Positions 1 through 10,414 of a stretch of DNA of 64,000 nt are shown here, in pieces (position 1 is the first letter of the stretch; the number at the start of each line of letters is the position of its first letter). The notes below the pieces were generated by a model. The model saw only the letters and a list, made by a program, of their open reading frames with translations, was not told where the DNA came from and did not search any database. Position numbers and translations under genes: made by a program. Where the stretch lies: assembly GCA_965203805.1 (NCBI GenBank), contig OZ241917.1, positions 3,744,001-3,808,000 of the forward strand, read 5' to 3'. Source of the DNA: Candidatus Latescibacterota bacterium (GTDB lineage: Bacteria > Latescibacterota > UBA2968 > GCA-2709665).

Positions 1-455
1 ACCACCCGCTGGAACAGCAGATCTCCCGCGTCCACGCGCGCGGTCAGGCGGAATACGCTTATCCCTGTTTCAGTCTCTCCCCGGATAATCGCCCAGTTGA
101 TCGGGGCCGCTCCCCTGTACCTGGGCAACAGAGAAGGGTGAAGGTTAATGGACCCGAGCTTTGGTATTTTCAGCACGACCCGTGGCAATATTGCGAACGC
201 GACCACCACGAAAAGGTCGGCATCGAGGCGCCGGAGCCGGCACAGAAAGTCCCGCGCATCCAACAAGTCTGGCTGCAATACCGGAAGCGCCAATCGTTGA
301 GCGGCCGCCTTTACGGGCGGCGGCATCAGCTTCCGCCCCCGTCCCCGCGGACGGTCCGGCCGGGTCACGACCGCGGCGACTTCGTGGCCGCAAGCGACAA
401 GGCGCTCCAGGGACGGCACCGCGAAATCCGGCGTCCCCATAAACACCAGCTTCAC
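1..455 (-). CDS. fmt: methionyl-tRNA formyltransferase (3' end runs off the window)
   Basis: Not in the ORF track. Manual minus-strand translation from GTG at 455 gives MKLVFMGTPDFAVPSL...TRPDRPRGRG...NLHPSLLPRYRGAAPINWAI, the canonical Fmt motifs. Confidence 0.95.
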   Translation of the reverse strand, partial: MKLVFMGTPDFAVPSLERLVACGHEVAAVVTRPDRPRGRGRKLMPPPVKAAAQRLALPVLQPDLLDARDFLCRLRRLDADLFVVVAFAILPRVVLKIPKLGSINLHPSLLPRYRGAAPINWAIIRGETETGISVFRLTARVDAGDLLFQRV

Positions 456-522
456 GACAGTCTCCGATCAGGGATCCGTTCAGGCCGATATCTCCCGCCA
501 TCCATCCCGATCCGGTCTCCGA

Positions 523-849
523 TCACTTCTCTTCCACAACCCGGGAAACAGATCCCCTCGCGACCTCGAGGCGGACTTCCTTGGCGACCTGCACGACCAG
601 GATGCCAGCCTCTTCTTTAACGCCCACAATCGTCCCGTGAATCCCCCCCGAGGTCACGATTTTGTCGCCCTTCTGCAGTGCGTCGATCATCGCCTGTTGC
701 GCCTTCTGCTTCTTGATTTGAGGGCGAAAGATCAGCAGGTAGACGACAACGACCATCAATAGCAGGGGGAAAATCTGCATCAGAAATCCCGGCTGGGACC
801 CGTCGGCCGGCTGGCCGCCCATGGCAAATGCTTCGGTTACGCCAAACAA
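523..849 (-). CDS. yajC: preprotein translocase subunit YajC
   Basis: TM helix followed by RPQxKKQK...LQKGDKIVTSGGIHG. TTG start at 849 follows an AGGAGG SD. Lies downstream of tgt. Confidence 0.93.
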   Translation of the reverse strand: MFGVTEAFAMGGQPADGSQPGFLMQIFPLLLMVVVVYLLIFRPQIKKQKAQQAMIDALQKGDKIVTSGGIHGTIVGVKEEAGILVVQVAKEVRLEVARGSVSRVVEEK

Positions 850-999
850 AGGAGCCCTCCTTGAAGGAATCAGGAATGTGAATTGAACCGAAGAATCCCT
901 ACCAGCCCGTTGGAAAAGTCCATCCGGTCTGCGTCCGGCCCTTGTGACCGAAATACGGCGTTGCGCTCCCTCCCCGAATCCAGGGATTCGCGTCGGTCG

Positions 1000-1029
1000 C
1001 CTGCCTGTGCGTGTCCGCACGCAGACAGG
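1000..1029. repeat. short CCTGYCTG...CAGRCAGG palindromic element
   Basis: CCTGCCTGTGCGTGTCCGCACGCAGACAGG between tgt and yajC. Same termini as the elements at 7211, 11636 and 38598. Confidence 0.7.
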
Positions 1030-1092
1030 CGCGCCTTGTCTTCGACCACAATGGCTCGGCCTCGCCTACAGAGCGACTTTTCCAACGGACTG

Positions 1093-2280
<1,188 letters not shown>

Positions 2281-2499
2281 TCAACCAGAACAAACGAGTC
2301 TTCGGTTATACTACCGAAGACTTCGTTGCGCGATTGCCGCAGTGCAATGGTTTTCTGCGCCCTTTCTCTCCACGGGAAGCGGCCCCCGGCCCGGACGCGG
2401 CCCAAATATACCAAGCGTTCAGGTGCAAGTCAACGGGTATTGAAATCTGAGCAGCGTCGGATCGATATCCTGTCCTCAGCGACAATCATCGCCGACGGC

Positions 2500-3735
2500 T
2501 TACCTGACAGCTTCCCTGGCATCGATGAACACGAATCCGCGTTTTTCGAGTTCCGGCAGCACGCGTTCGAGCGCAGCCAGCGTGGCTGGCAACGCGCGTC
2601 CGATGCCGATAACGGTTCCCGAAATGCCGGCCGTTTCAGCCAGAGCCTCCACGGACCGTTCGACCGACTCCTGCGTTTCCTTCCTGTCCAGAAACATCGA
2701 GTTTCGTCCGGCAGGCATTCCCTTTTCCTCTGCGACAGACCATGCCTTCGAGCGCGGACTGGTAACGCTGTCTACGAAAAAGAGACCATAGCGGTCCACT
2801 TCTTCCAATACCCTGCCGATTGCCGTCGTATCCTCCGTCAACCGCGACCCCATATGGTTGTTCAATCCCGTTGCCTGAGGCAGGTTCGCACGCGCCGACC
2901 GAATCAGCGATCTGACTTTTTCCGGCGGATGGCCCGTCAACACCGTGTTGGGACCCGGGTCCGGGCGAGGATAACCCAGGGGTTCCATCGACATATACAC
3001 CATGACTCCGTGTCCGGCCGCGGCCGCCTGTTCGGCAATCCACGCGGATTTTTCCCGGCCGGGAAATACCGAGAGCGTTATCGTCTGTTTCAACGCGCAG
3101 AATCCTCGAACCAATGCCTCGTCCTGATGCCCGAAATCGGCCACTATAATGGCGATTCGGCCCGGCATTCGATCGAGCGCTCTTTTCCGTTTCAATATGA
3201 TCTGATTCGTGCGGACGCCGTCTATTCCCACAAACATCGACAGTCTGCCGCGCTTGCGATCCTCAACGGCTTCAATAACGTCGCCGCCCAGTCGACGGGC
3301 AAGCCGTGTCAGCTGAAGATTGCAGACCGCCAATGGCAACGCGCCGGGTATGTCGGAGGTCATCACCCAGCGGGCGGTACCGTCGGTGCGAGTCGCCGAC
3401 CGTTTCACGGACACGACCCTGTCGGGAACCCCGAGCCCTTTCAGTACCGCGGGCGCCCGTGATGCCACGGAATCTGCAAACGCCGGCGGACCCGCCGGAA
3501 GCGTCCGCAACCGCATCTGCTGATTTAACGCGATTTCCCCATCATAGGGAGGAGCTTCCATCGTGCGCCACCGCATCCATCCAGCCAGGCCGACGACCAA
3601 CGCCAGAAGAAGTGCCAGCGACCAGAGGCGAAACGACAACTTTCGCCGCCTGCGGGCCATCCTCTTTCGGCGAGACCGGCGAGTCTTTTCCGGCGCACCC
3701 GCAATACCGGGACGCCTGCGGAAGATCTTTGCCAT
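2500..3735 (-). CDS. divergent polysaccharide deacetylase family protein (YibQ-like), membrane anchored
   Basis: IAIIVADFG, MEP, GLNNHMGSRLT, FFVDSVT, RNSMFLD, VIGIG motifs and an N-terminal TM segment. Start codon uncertain (3795/3735/3660). Confidence 0.85.
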   Translation of the reverse strand: MAKIFRRRPGIAGAPEKTRRSRRKRMARRRRKLSFRLWSLALLLALVVGLAGWMRWRTMEAPPYDGEIALNQQMRLRTLPAGPPAFADSVASRAPAVLKGLGVPDRVVSVKRSATRTDGTARWVMTSDIPGALPLAVCNLQLTRLARRLGGDVIEAVEDRKRGRLSMFVGIDGVRTNQIILKRKRALDRMPGRIAIIVADFGHQDEALVRGFCALKQTITLSVFPGREKSAWIAEQAAAAGHGVMVYMSMEPLGYPRPDPGPNTVLTGHPPEKVRSLIRSARANLPQATGLNNHMGSRLTEDTTAIGRVLEEVDRYGLFFVDSVTSPRSKAWSVAEEKGMPAGRNSMFLDRKETQESVERSVEALAETAGISGTVIGIGRALPATLAALERVLPELEKRGFVFIDAREAVR

Positions 3736-3911
3736 AGGAGCCGGAGGAAGCGTGGAACGCGTGAGGCAGACCCGAACGCGAAGCAGCTCGGACAAACGGA
3801 GCCAGCTTCACTTCCGGATCAACCGAAACGTAAAACAAGCGGAATCAGATGGGAGAGAATTGTCGCGCCTGAATTCCGGAGCCGGGGAGATAGAGCGCGT
3901 CCGTGGGAAAT

Positions 3912-4868
3912 TCAGGGCACCGAGAAACTGACGGGCCGCGGCACAAAACACAGCAGGAAAATAACCAGCGAAACGTACGCCATCAGTTTCCGAAACGGAT
4001 CGAGGGCCGAATGGGGGTCTTCCGGCGGGGAATGCCGGCGCCCCAGCGCCAACGCGATCAGTATCCAGATGAGCCAACCCGGCCACCGCGTGTCGAGCCA
4101 GGTGGAAAATCCATGTTGGGCGTAAAGCCAGTCATACGGAGGCCCCACCGCCCACAAGGCGCCAAGCGTGACCATCGCCATCCTCGAAACGAGCGCGTGA
4201 ATCTTCCCGCCTCCGAAAGCATACACAATGTGCCCGCCGTCGAACTGTCCCAGCGGCATCAGATTCAGCGCCGTCACGAAGAGACCCAGCCATCCGGCCA
4301 CGAAGATCGGATGGTCGTAAATTGCATACCCGTCGGGAAGGTCTCCGATAATCTGATGCGACAGCCAGCCGCCCAGGATGGAATCTCCGAGCGAAATCCC
4401 GCCTTTCGCGAACATTGAAACCGGCACGACTGCCGACAGATGCAATCCGACGACCATGGCAAGCAGCGCGACCACGAAGCCGGCAAGAGGACCGGACGCA
4501 CCGATGTCCATCAGCGCGCGCCGGTTGGGAATGGGGGACCTGATCTTGATTACCGCGCCAAGGGTGCCGATGAAAGAAGGGAACGGAATGAAATAGGGCA
4601 GGGTTGCGCGCACGTTCCAGTGGCGTGAAGTAAGATAGTGCCCCATCTCGTGGATGCCAAGGATCAGAAGCAACGTTCCGGAAAACGGCAGCCCCATAAT
4701 CAGATATTTCGGATTCCACAGCAGGGAAAGCGAAAGGGAATCCGGCGGCAAGGACCCTGGAGAAACCGCCAGGCGCATGGCCACCGCCATTTGCACGCCA
4801 GCTGCTGTTGTCGTGTACGCCGTGAGGGCGAACAACAACACGTTGAGCCGGATGCGGTCTCCTGACAA
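3912..4868 (-). CDS. site-2 protease (M50 family zinc metalloprotease)
   Basis: HEMGH and NLMPLGQFDGGH motifs, multiple TM segments. Confidence 0.92.
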   Translation of the reverse strand: MSGDRIRLNVLLFALTAYTTTAAGVQMAVAMRLAVSPGSLPPDSLSLSLLWNPKYLIMGLPFSGTLLLILGIHEMGHYLTSRHWNVRATLPYFIPFPSFIGTLGAVIKIRSPIPNRRALMDIGASGPLAGFVVALLAMVVGLHLSAVVPVSMFAKGGISLGDSILGGWLSHQIIGDLPDGYAIYDHPIFVAGWLGLFVTALNLMPLGQFDGGHIVYAFGGGKIHALVSRMAMVTLGALWAVGPPYDWLYAQHGFSTWLDTRWPGWLIWILIALALGRRHSPPEDPHSALDPFRKLMAYVSLVIFLLCFVPRPVSFSVP

Positions 4869-4940
4869 AAAAGCCTCGTTCTCAGCGTGATTTTCGTAAA
4901 GCGCCAGGTTGAAGCAAAGCGGATCCGGTTTCCACGCCGG

Positions 4941-5837
4941 TTACCTGATTCCGAACTCCAGCCGATGTGAACCGTCGAGCCCCAGCGCGGCCGGCACATA
5001 GGCATATTCCATCCGCCAACCGCCCGGCCGAATCCCGAATCCAAAGGACCAGTCGCGGATGTCATTCCCCGTTCGGTACCCGCCCCGCAGGCACAACGCA
5101 CGCTTTACGCGCAGTTCCAAACCTGCATGCATACCCGCGGACCCGTGTCTGGGAGCGCGCATGTCGAGAGAACCGGTCAGCCATTTCGCCCGCCACGCAA
5201 TCCCGGCTCGAAAGGTCCCCGGCAGAGGCGCCCGCTGTGCGTCCATTGCCTCCATCCGACCCAGGTTCCGATAGCTGACTCCCGCACTCAGACCCTTATT
5301 CTCGAAGCGGTAGAGTAAGCCGAGATCCACGCTGACTCCGGATGCCCGCTCGGGTCCGATGGATTCGTGCAATGCGCGCAAGGTTGTGCCGGCGTAAAAC
5401 CCCTCCTTGATCCGTCTTGCATACGTGAGCCCCGTGTTGATTTCGTAGATGCCAAACGTCCCCTGTGGCTGCGCGGATGGCCCCGTGCGCGCTTCGATTC
5501 CGCTAACGGAATAGATGCCCAGGCTCAGTGCCACGCCGGACCGGGTGTTGCCATATGCCCATCCGCCATATATCTGCTGGATTTCCTGAAACGAACTGTG
5601 ATGGGTGATCAGAAAGTCCTTTCCCGTCAGCGCGCCGATGCCCGCCGGATTCCAGGACGCCGCCGTCTGATCGACCGCAACCGCGGTATACGCGCCGCCC
5701 ATCGCCTCCGCGCGGGCGCCTACTCCCTCCCGAAGCAGCACGAATCCGGCGCCCTTACCGGACGCCTCTGCCGCGCCTGCCGATCCCAGTACCATTAAAA
5801 TACCGAAGACCGATAAACCTTGTCTGAAGGACCTCAC
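4941..5837 (-). CDS. PorV/PorQ-like (UPF0164) outer-membrane beta-barrel protein
   Basis: Signal peptide, GARAEAMGGAYTAVA, WNPAG, and a C-terminal barrel with EYAY...SHR. Confidence 0.8.
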   Translation of the reverse strand: MRSFRQGLSVFGILMVLGSAGAAEASGKGAGFVLLREGVGARAEAMGGAYTAVAVDQTAASWNPAGIGALTGKDFLITHHSSFQEIQQIYGGWAYGNTRSGVALSLGIYSVSGIEARTGPSAQPQGTFGIYEINTGLTYARRIKEGFYAGTTLRALHESIGPERASGVSVDLGLLYRFENKGLSAGVSYRNLGRMEAMDAQRAPLPGTFRAGIAWRAKWLTGSLDMRAPRHGSAGMHAGLELRVKRALCLRGGYRTGNDIRDWSFGFGIRPGGWRMEYAYVPAALGLDGSHRLEFGIR

Positions 5838-5885
5838 GACACACTCCCTGCACGCGCGAAATATGACATGTCAATCAGCATTTAA

Positions 5886-6076
5886 CCTTGATTCGTAAGT
5901 CTTCGGGGACGTAAATTCGAATATGTGCTTGTAAATAAAGGCGATTAGACGGCGGATTACCAGGATACACCAGGTCACTGGACGTGAAGGGAAAGAACGT
6001 CCTTCTATACGTCGATAACACCCCGTTTCGGAGGGTTTTATCGCGTCGCCGCGTTGCTGTTTTTTTCGGATTGAGG
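5886..6076. mobile_element. MITE (191 bp) with IS1380-like termini
   Basis: Imperfect TIRs CCTTGATTCG / CGGATTGAGG, flanked on both sides by TTAA (5882-5885 and 6077-6080). Confidence 0.65.
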
Positions 6077-6139
6077 TTAAATTTTAAACAATGCTGGCGG
6101 AAGAGTCAATATTCAATGGAAATCGTCCGGGCGAAATTT

Positions 6140-7156
6140 TCATCTCAAGGCCACGTCGTGTGCATTCTCATCTGCCGCCTTCTGAATCCTGAGCACCGTT
6201 CTGGCAGCGCGAATCACCGACTCCGTGTGCCGTTCCCCGGATTCCGCGTCGCACTTGATATCCCTTAAAAACGCCTCCAGGTATCCTCCGGACCGATCTT
6301 CCGGTACCGGTCGCGTTTCCACCCGTTCCGAATCCTTCCACGCAACCTGGATGGTATCCTGTGTGGTACCTGCTTCGAGCACGCCGTCCCTGCCCCAGAA
6401 CGTGTAACGCCAGTAGAACGGCAGGGAATATCCCGTTTTGTCGGGCATGAAGTACGACACGTCTCCGAGAACGCCGCAACCGTTGTCCATCGTCAACATC
6501 ATCTGCGCACCGTCGTGAAAATGTGGAAACTCCGGTGCGAATGCATTCCAGCATCTGGCGGCGTTCACCGATTCGAATTCCAGGCCCGTAATCCACGGAA
6601 GGCAATCGATTGCGTGAATGGCGAGGTCGTTGATCGTGCCGCCGTGTTTGCCCTCCTCGAAATACCAGCCCGGGCGCTTGCCCAGCATCAGCGGATGCTG
6701 CCCGCCGAATGAAATCGCGTGGATCTCGCCGATCGTTCCCTCCCGGATCAGCTTCCTCGCGCCGATGGTCTGTCCGTGGTCCCGCATCGACAGCATGCAC
6801 CCTACCTTCAATTCCGTCTCACCCGCGATTCGTTCGATTTCGTCGAGTTCATCGAGACTGGTGCACAGCGGTTTATCCACGATGACATGCTTCCCTTCGT
6901 TCAACGCGTGTATGGCCGCACTGCCGCGCCGGGCGAAATACTCTCCGATGGCCACGACGTCGCAGTCCACGACGCGCAACATCCCCGATGGATCCGAATG
7001 CGTGATTCTTGCCCCGGCCGCCCCAGCCGCCGCACGCGCCGCCTCATCCGATTCGCAGGCGGCCACCACCTCCACGTCATCGTGCGCGACCGCCCTCTTG
7101 TACAGATCGTGAATGTGCGCATGACGAAATCCGACAAAAGCAAACCGAACCGACAT
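6140..7156 (-). CDS. Gfo/Idh/MocA family NAD(P)-dependent oxidoreductase
   Basis: GKHVIVDKP and GGTINDLAIHAID motifs. ATG at 7156 (MSVRFAF) follows a GAGGAGG SD; the longer ORF-track start is spurious. Confidence 0.9.
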   Translation of the reverse strand: MSVRFAFVGFRHAHIHDLYKRAVAHDDVEVVAACESDEAARAAAGAAGARITHSDPSGMLRVVDCDVVAIGEYFARRGSAAIHALNEGKHVIVDKPLCTSLDELDEIERIAGETELKVGCMLSMRDHGQTIGARKLIREGTIGEIHAISFGGQHPLMLGKRPGWYFEEGKHGGTINDLAIHAIDCLPWITGLEFESVNAARCWNAFAPEFPHFHDGAQMMLTMDNGCGVLGDVSYFMPDKTGYSLPFYWRYTFWGRDGVLEAGTTQDTIQVAWKDSERVETRPVPEDRSGGYLEAFLRDIKCDAESGERHTESVIRAARTVLRIQKAADENAHDVALR

Positions 7157-7210
7157 ATCGCCTCCTCTTTGTCCTTCTTTTATTCTAGAAACAGAACTTA
7201 CATGGATAGA

Positions 7211-7263
7211 CCTGTCTGCGTGCGTGCCACACTGCGTGCGCCAAGCCCCGCGCGGCAGGCAGG
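7211..7263. repeat. CCTGYCTG...GCAGGCAGG palindromic element
   Basis: CCTGTCTGCGTGCG...GCAGGCAGG, same family as 1000-1029. Confidence 0.55.
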
Positions 7264-7323
7264 CCACCTTCCTTCGGTCCCTGCGGTCGAGGACAGAAAC
7301 CGATCTTGGACAGGGGTGATCGA

Positions 7324-7412
7324 GTGTCTTTTTGTGCCTGTTGTGGCAATTGCGTTTGACGCGCCAAAACGGGTCGCGCGGGGAGCATAGCCACAAAAAG
7401 CACAAAAGACAC
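7324..7412. repeat. inverted repeat (GCCACAAAAAGCACAAAAG-type REP-like element)
   Basis: GTGTCTTTTTGTGCCTGTTGTGGC (7324-7347) pairs with GCCACAAAAAGCACAAAAGACAC (7390-7412). Confidence 0.6.
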
Positions 7413-7781
7413 AGATGGCGCGTTTCGCGGCTATCAGACAAATGACACGGCCTCTGCCAGCCAAGACAGAATCTGGTTCACTTCCGAGAAGCAAAGGCTC
7501 GATCAAGGTCGCCTGAAATTCACAAAATGCCTATTTTACGGGCTTATTGAGACGGGAACAGCGCAATTATGGCCGCTGGAAATGTCACTTTGTTATTGGA
7601 CAGCATTGCACAGGCAATGGCAACCTGGTTTTCATAGTTCGGGTCAAACCCATCCAAAAACGCCAATTGATGCCAATTTTCGAACCTTATCTCTGAGAAT
7701 CCCACGGTTCTTGGACAGCAGTGACCAAACTGATAAATCCACAACACAAAAAAGCGATCCTGAAATTTCCGAAAGGAAAAC

Positions 7782-7810
7782 TTGACAGTATAGGATTCGT
7801 TGATTATATT
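7782..7810 (+). promoter_or_regulatory. sigma70-type promoter
   Basis: TTGACA-N17-TATATT, just inside a CCTGAAATT IS1380-like end at ~7759. Confidence 0.5.
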
Positions 7811-7920
7811 CTTTGTTGTTGTCGGTAGCAGAACCCGACGCACTGGGTCAACTGAAGGAATTTTGTGAAGTATTCGGGGAGCAGCATGGGCATCATAAAT
7901 ACATTAAAAACAAGGCTTTA

Positions 7921-7944
7921 CCCCCCCCCCCCCCCCCCCCCCCC
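7921..7944. repeat. poly-C homopolymer (24 nt)
   Basis: Seen directly. May be a sequencing or assembly artifact. Confidence 0.9.
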
Positions 7945-8040
7945 GAAACATTCGACGGAGAGAACAGGGGAACTAGTGTAGCAGCGGATTTTCAGCTTGG
8001 TAGAGTTGGAAGCCGGACACCCTAGTGTCAATCGAAACAC

Positions 8041-8070
8041 GCCCACTCGTATTGGAGGTGGGCTTTTTTT
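8041..8070 (+). terminator. rho-independent terminator (insertion site of the class C intron)
   Basis: GCCCAC...GTGGGC hairpin followed by T7. Confidence 0.75.
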
Positions 8071-8654
8071 ATTTCCCAAGCATGAACGACAGCTTGGAGG
8101 TATAAGTCCTCTATCCAGCCTGATTGCGGCGAAAGATGAGCGAAGCGCAAGGGCGTCGTCGCAAGGCGATGTTAGTAGGAAGCGCACAGCAAAGGCGCGA
8201 CCCGATAGACAAGAACCCGATACGCGATCAACCCTGCGGGACGAGCGAGCCAATGATGGCGAAGTCCAAAGCCATCATTGCACGGAAAGGTGAATCCGGC
8301 GGGTGTGTGCTGAAGGCGGTCGGTCTTACCTCGGGAAGTCTGCGCCGTGTTTGGAAGGAAGGGGCCGCGCGGTCTGTCAAGGACCGTGGTTGTAGCGTAG
8401 AAGTCAACAGATGGCATAGTAGGCAATCAGTCGGCGGAGGACCGAACGACGGACAGGACAAGTAGGACGGCGCGCTTATGGATACCAAGCGGCAGAAAAC
8501 CCAGTTGGCACCGGCCTTGGTGCCGATGACGAAAGGTGAAGCCCCCGTCGCTGGCGTGGAACGGACGGAAGTGCGCGTAGCGCGTGGCGGACAAGCGTCT
8601 ACACAAGGAGATCAGCGGCTTTCTCAGCGTGGTCGGAATTGCAGTCTGACGTGA
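8071..8654 (+). mobile_element. truncated class C group II intron (domains I-III plus the start of the intron-encoded ORF)
   Basis: Sits right after a terminator. Degenerate 5' end (CCCAAGCATG), then GAGGTATAAGTCCTCT, AGCGAAGCGCAAGGG, CTTACCTCGGGA and a DIII-like AGAAGTCAACAGATGGCATAGTAG. ORF 8478-8654 MDTKRQKTQL...KGEAP resembles class C IEP N-termini. No RT domain, DV or DVI found. Confidence 0.8.
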
Positions 8655-8702
8655 TGGAACCAGACAGTCTCCGATGTGATAGTCGATATGACAGACAGTA
8701 AT

Positions 8703-8892
8703 CCTTGATTCCACAAAAACAGGCAGTTGACGGCTTTGTCACGCCGAGACACATGTGGGGTTAATTCCATTCGGATTCGCTTGATTTTCGGTCACATCCG
8801 GTGAACTCAAGAATTGCCTAATTGTAAAGTCAATTGCATTTGTTTTTCTGGGCAAATTAAAACTGACGTCGCCGAAATATGACAAATCAAGG
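8703..8892. mobile_element. MITE (190 bp) with CCTTGATT/AATCAAGG TIRs
   Basis: Perfect 8-bp TIRs. Internal sequence aligns by eye with 24183-24403. Confidence 0.7.
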
Positions 8893-8980
8893 GTGAGCGT
8901 ACATCGAAATGTCAGATTCGCTTATAAAGAAAAAGCAGAAAATTAAAGGTGTATCTGTGTAGCAACGTCATTGATGAAAC

Positions 8981-9340
8981 GTGGGGGCAGGAAGTAACAG
9001 GAGATGTTTAATTGGAATGTCTTGCTCACAGAATAAAACAAGGGATAGCAGTTTGCATTTCGAGTATTGCAAGGCTTATTCATTGAGCGAATTGCTTAGG
9101 TTCCCAGGGTTTGCGGAAAGAGAAACCAAATGCAAATCTAGTGACAAAGGGAATTCTGTGCGCTCACATCGAGGTTCTTCTAAGTTGGGGATTGTATATC
9201 TCCACGAAGACTTCACCGTCACAGCCTCAGGTCGCAGGGGTGAAGACTTAATATACCATCAAGTTACATCTGAATGGAGAGAGTTCTGTACGAAGGAACT
9301 GAAGTTTGAGATCCCGCCAATAACGAAGCCATCGACCTAA
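8981..9340 (+). CDS. small hypothetical protein of a type recalled next to MbtH-like genes in NRPS clusters
   Basis: CKAY.L..L..FPG...YLHEDFTVT...VTSEWREFC...L.F pattern, directly upstream of the MbtH gene. Start may be ATG 9017. Confidence 0.6.
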   Translation: MGAGSNRRCLIGMSCSQNKTRDSSLHFEYCKAYSLSELLRFPGFAERETKCKSSDKGNSVRSHRGSSKLGIVYLHEDFTVTASGRRGEDLIYHQVTSEWREFCTKELKFEIPPITKPST

Positions 9341-9354
9341 CACACTAGGCGCGG

Positions 9355-9960
9355 ATGAGATTATACGCACTGGAAAATTCAATGAGCAATACCGAAAAAG
9401 ACGTTAAAGTTGTTGTCAATGCTCATGGAGAATACTCCATTTGGTCGGCTTCACGTGATATCCCAGATGGCTGGCACGATGTTGGTAGAGTTGGAATAAA
9501 GGAGGAGTGCCTAGATTACATTGAAGGCGTGTGGCTGACAGAAACACCGCTACGAGCTCAATATCCATCAAAACATGCTTGTTGCGAGCATCTCTCCGAG
9601 GAACTAACGAAATTCGACGTAAACAAAAGACCCGAGACAGGCCCCAGAGACTTGGTCAAGCACCTCGCTCAAGGAAAGCACGCTATCGAGCTTTGTGCTC
9701 GTTCAAATAGACATACCACGATCAATGAAATCGCCAAGGAACCGTACGCCTTCGTCAATTTTCCCAATACCCAGGGCGGTACACTGCTCAGGGTCCCAAC
9801 CGACACTTTCCGTAACACGAAAATAAACAAGCACGAATGTGACGTGGGATACTGGCACTTGGAAGGTGAGACCGTACTTAATCACGTGAAGATACGGTGT
9901 ATCCTCCACATAGATGGCGACACTCTGGCCGGAGAGGGGTACGTAAAGATTCTCTCGTGA
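9355..9960 (+). CDS. MbtH-like NRPS accessory protein with an extra C-terminal (CBF-beta-like) domain
   Basis: VVVNAHGEYSIW...PDGW...CLDYIEGVW (three conserved Trp) plus a ~110-aa extension containing FPNTQGGTLL. Confidence 0.9.
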   Translation: MRLYALENSMSNTEKDVKVVVNAHGEYSIWSASRDIPDGWHDVGRVGIKEECLDYIEGVWLTETPLRAQYPSKHACCEHLSEELTKFDVNKRPETGPRDLVKHLAQGKHAIELCARSNRHTTINEIAKEPYAFVNFPNTQGGTLLRVPTDTFRNTKINKHECDVGYWHLEGETVLNHVKIRCILHIDGDTLAGEGYVKILS

Positions 9961-10414
9961 CTTGGCCCGACATGAGTGCTGTACTTATTGATGGACTGTT
10001 GTATTGTAGCCTGATTTATAAGGTGGGCGTTGGGATGTTGCGGGCGAAGTGTTGGGTTCTACGCCTAGAGTGATTGCTAGACACCGACGTAAAGTTGAGG
10101 AGCCACATCAAGCGCTTACGAGACTATAGTTGGCTTGGGCGACAGGTTGTTGTGTCATTCATTAAGACTAACGAGGCTGTCGCTTTGTTTGGCCGCAACC
10201 AAATGGGTTCTGGTAAATACACTGCCCGTAGTTTTTCGTTATGAAAAACTAAGGTTAACCTTATTTCGCAAATAATGCTGTTGAATTTCGGAGCATTGAA
10301 GACTAAGCAAAGATGGTGATAAGTCTATATTTTTCAATAGGAAAAGGCCTTCCATTTTGTTGTATTGGGAAGCGTCGAAACCCCCAATTCACCCAAAACG
10401 AAAAGCCACGTACA

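Noticed and set aside
7813-8025. 70-aa poly-proline ORF
   Set aside because: It depends on the suspect poly-C tract and has no recognisable homology.
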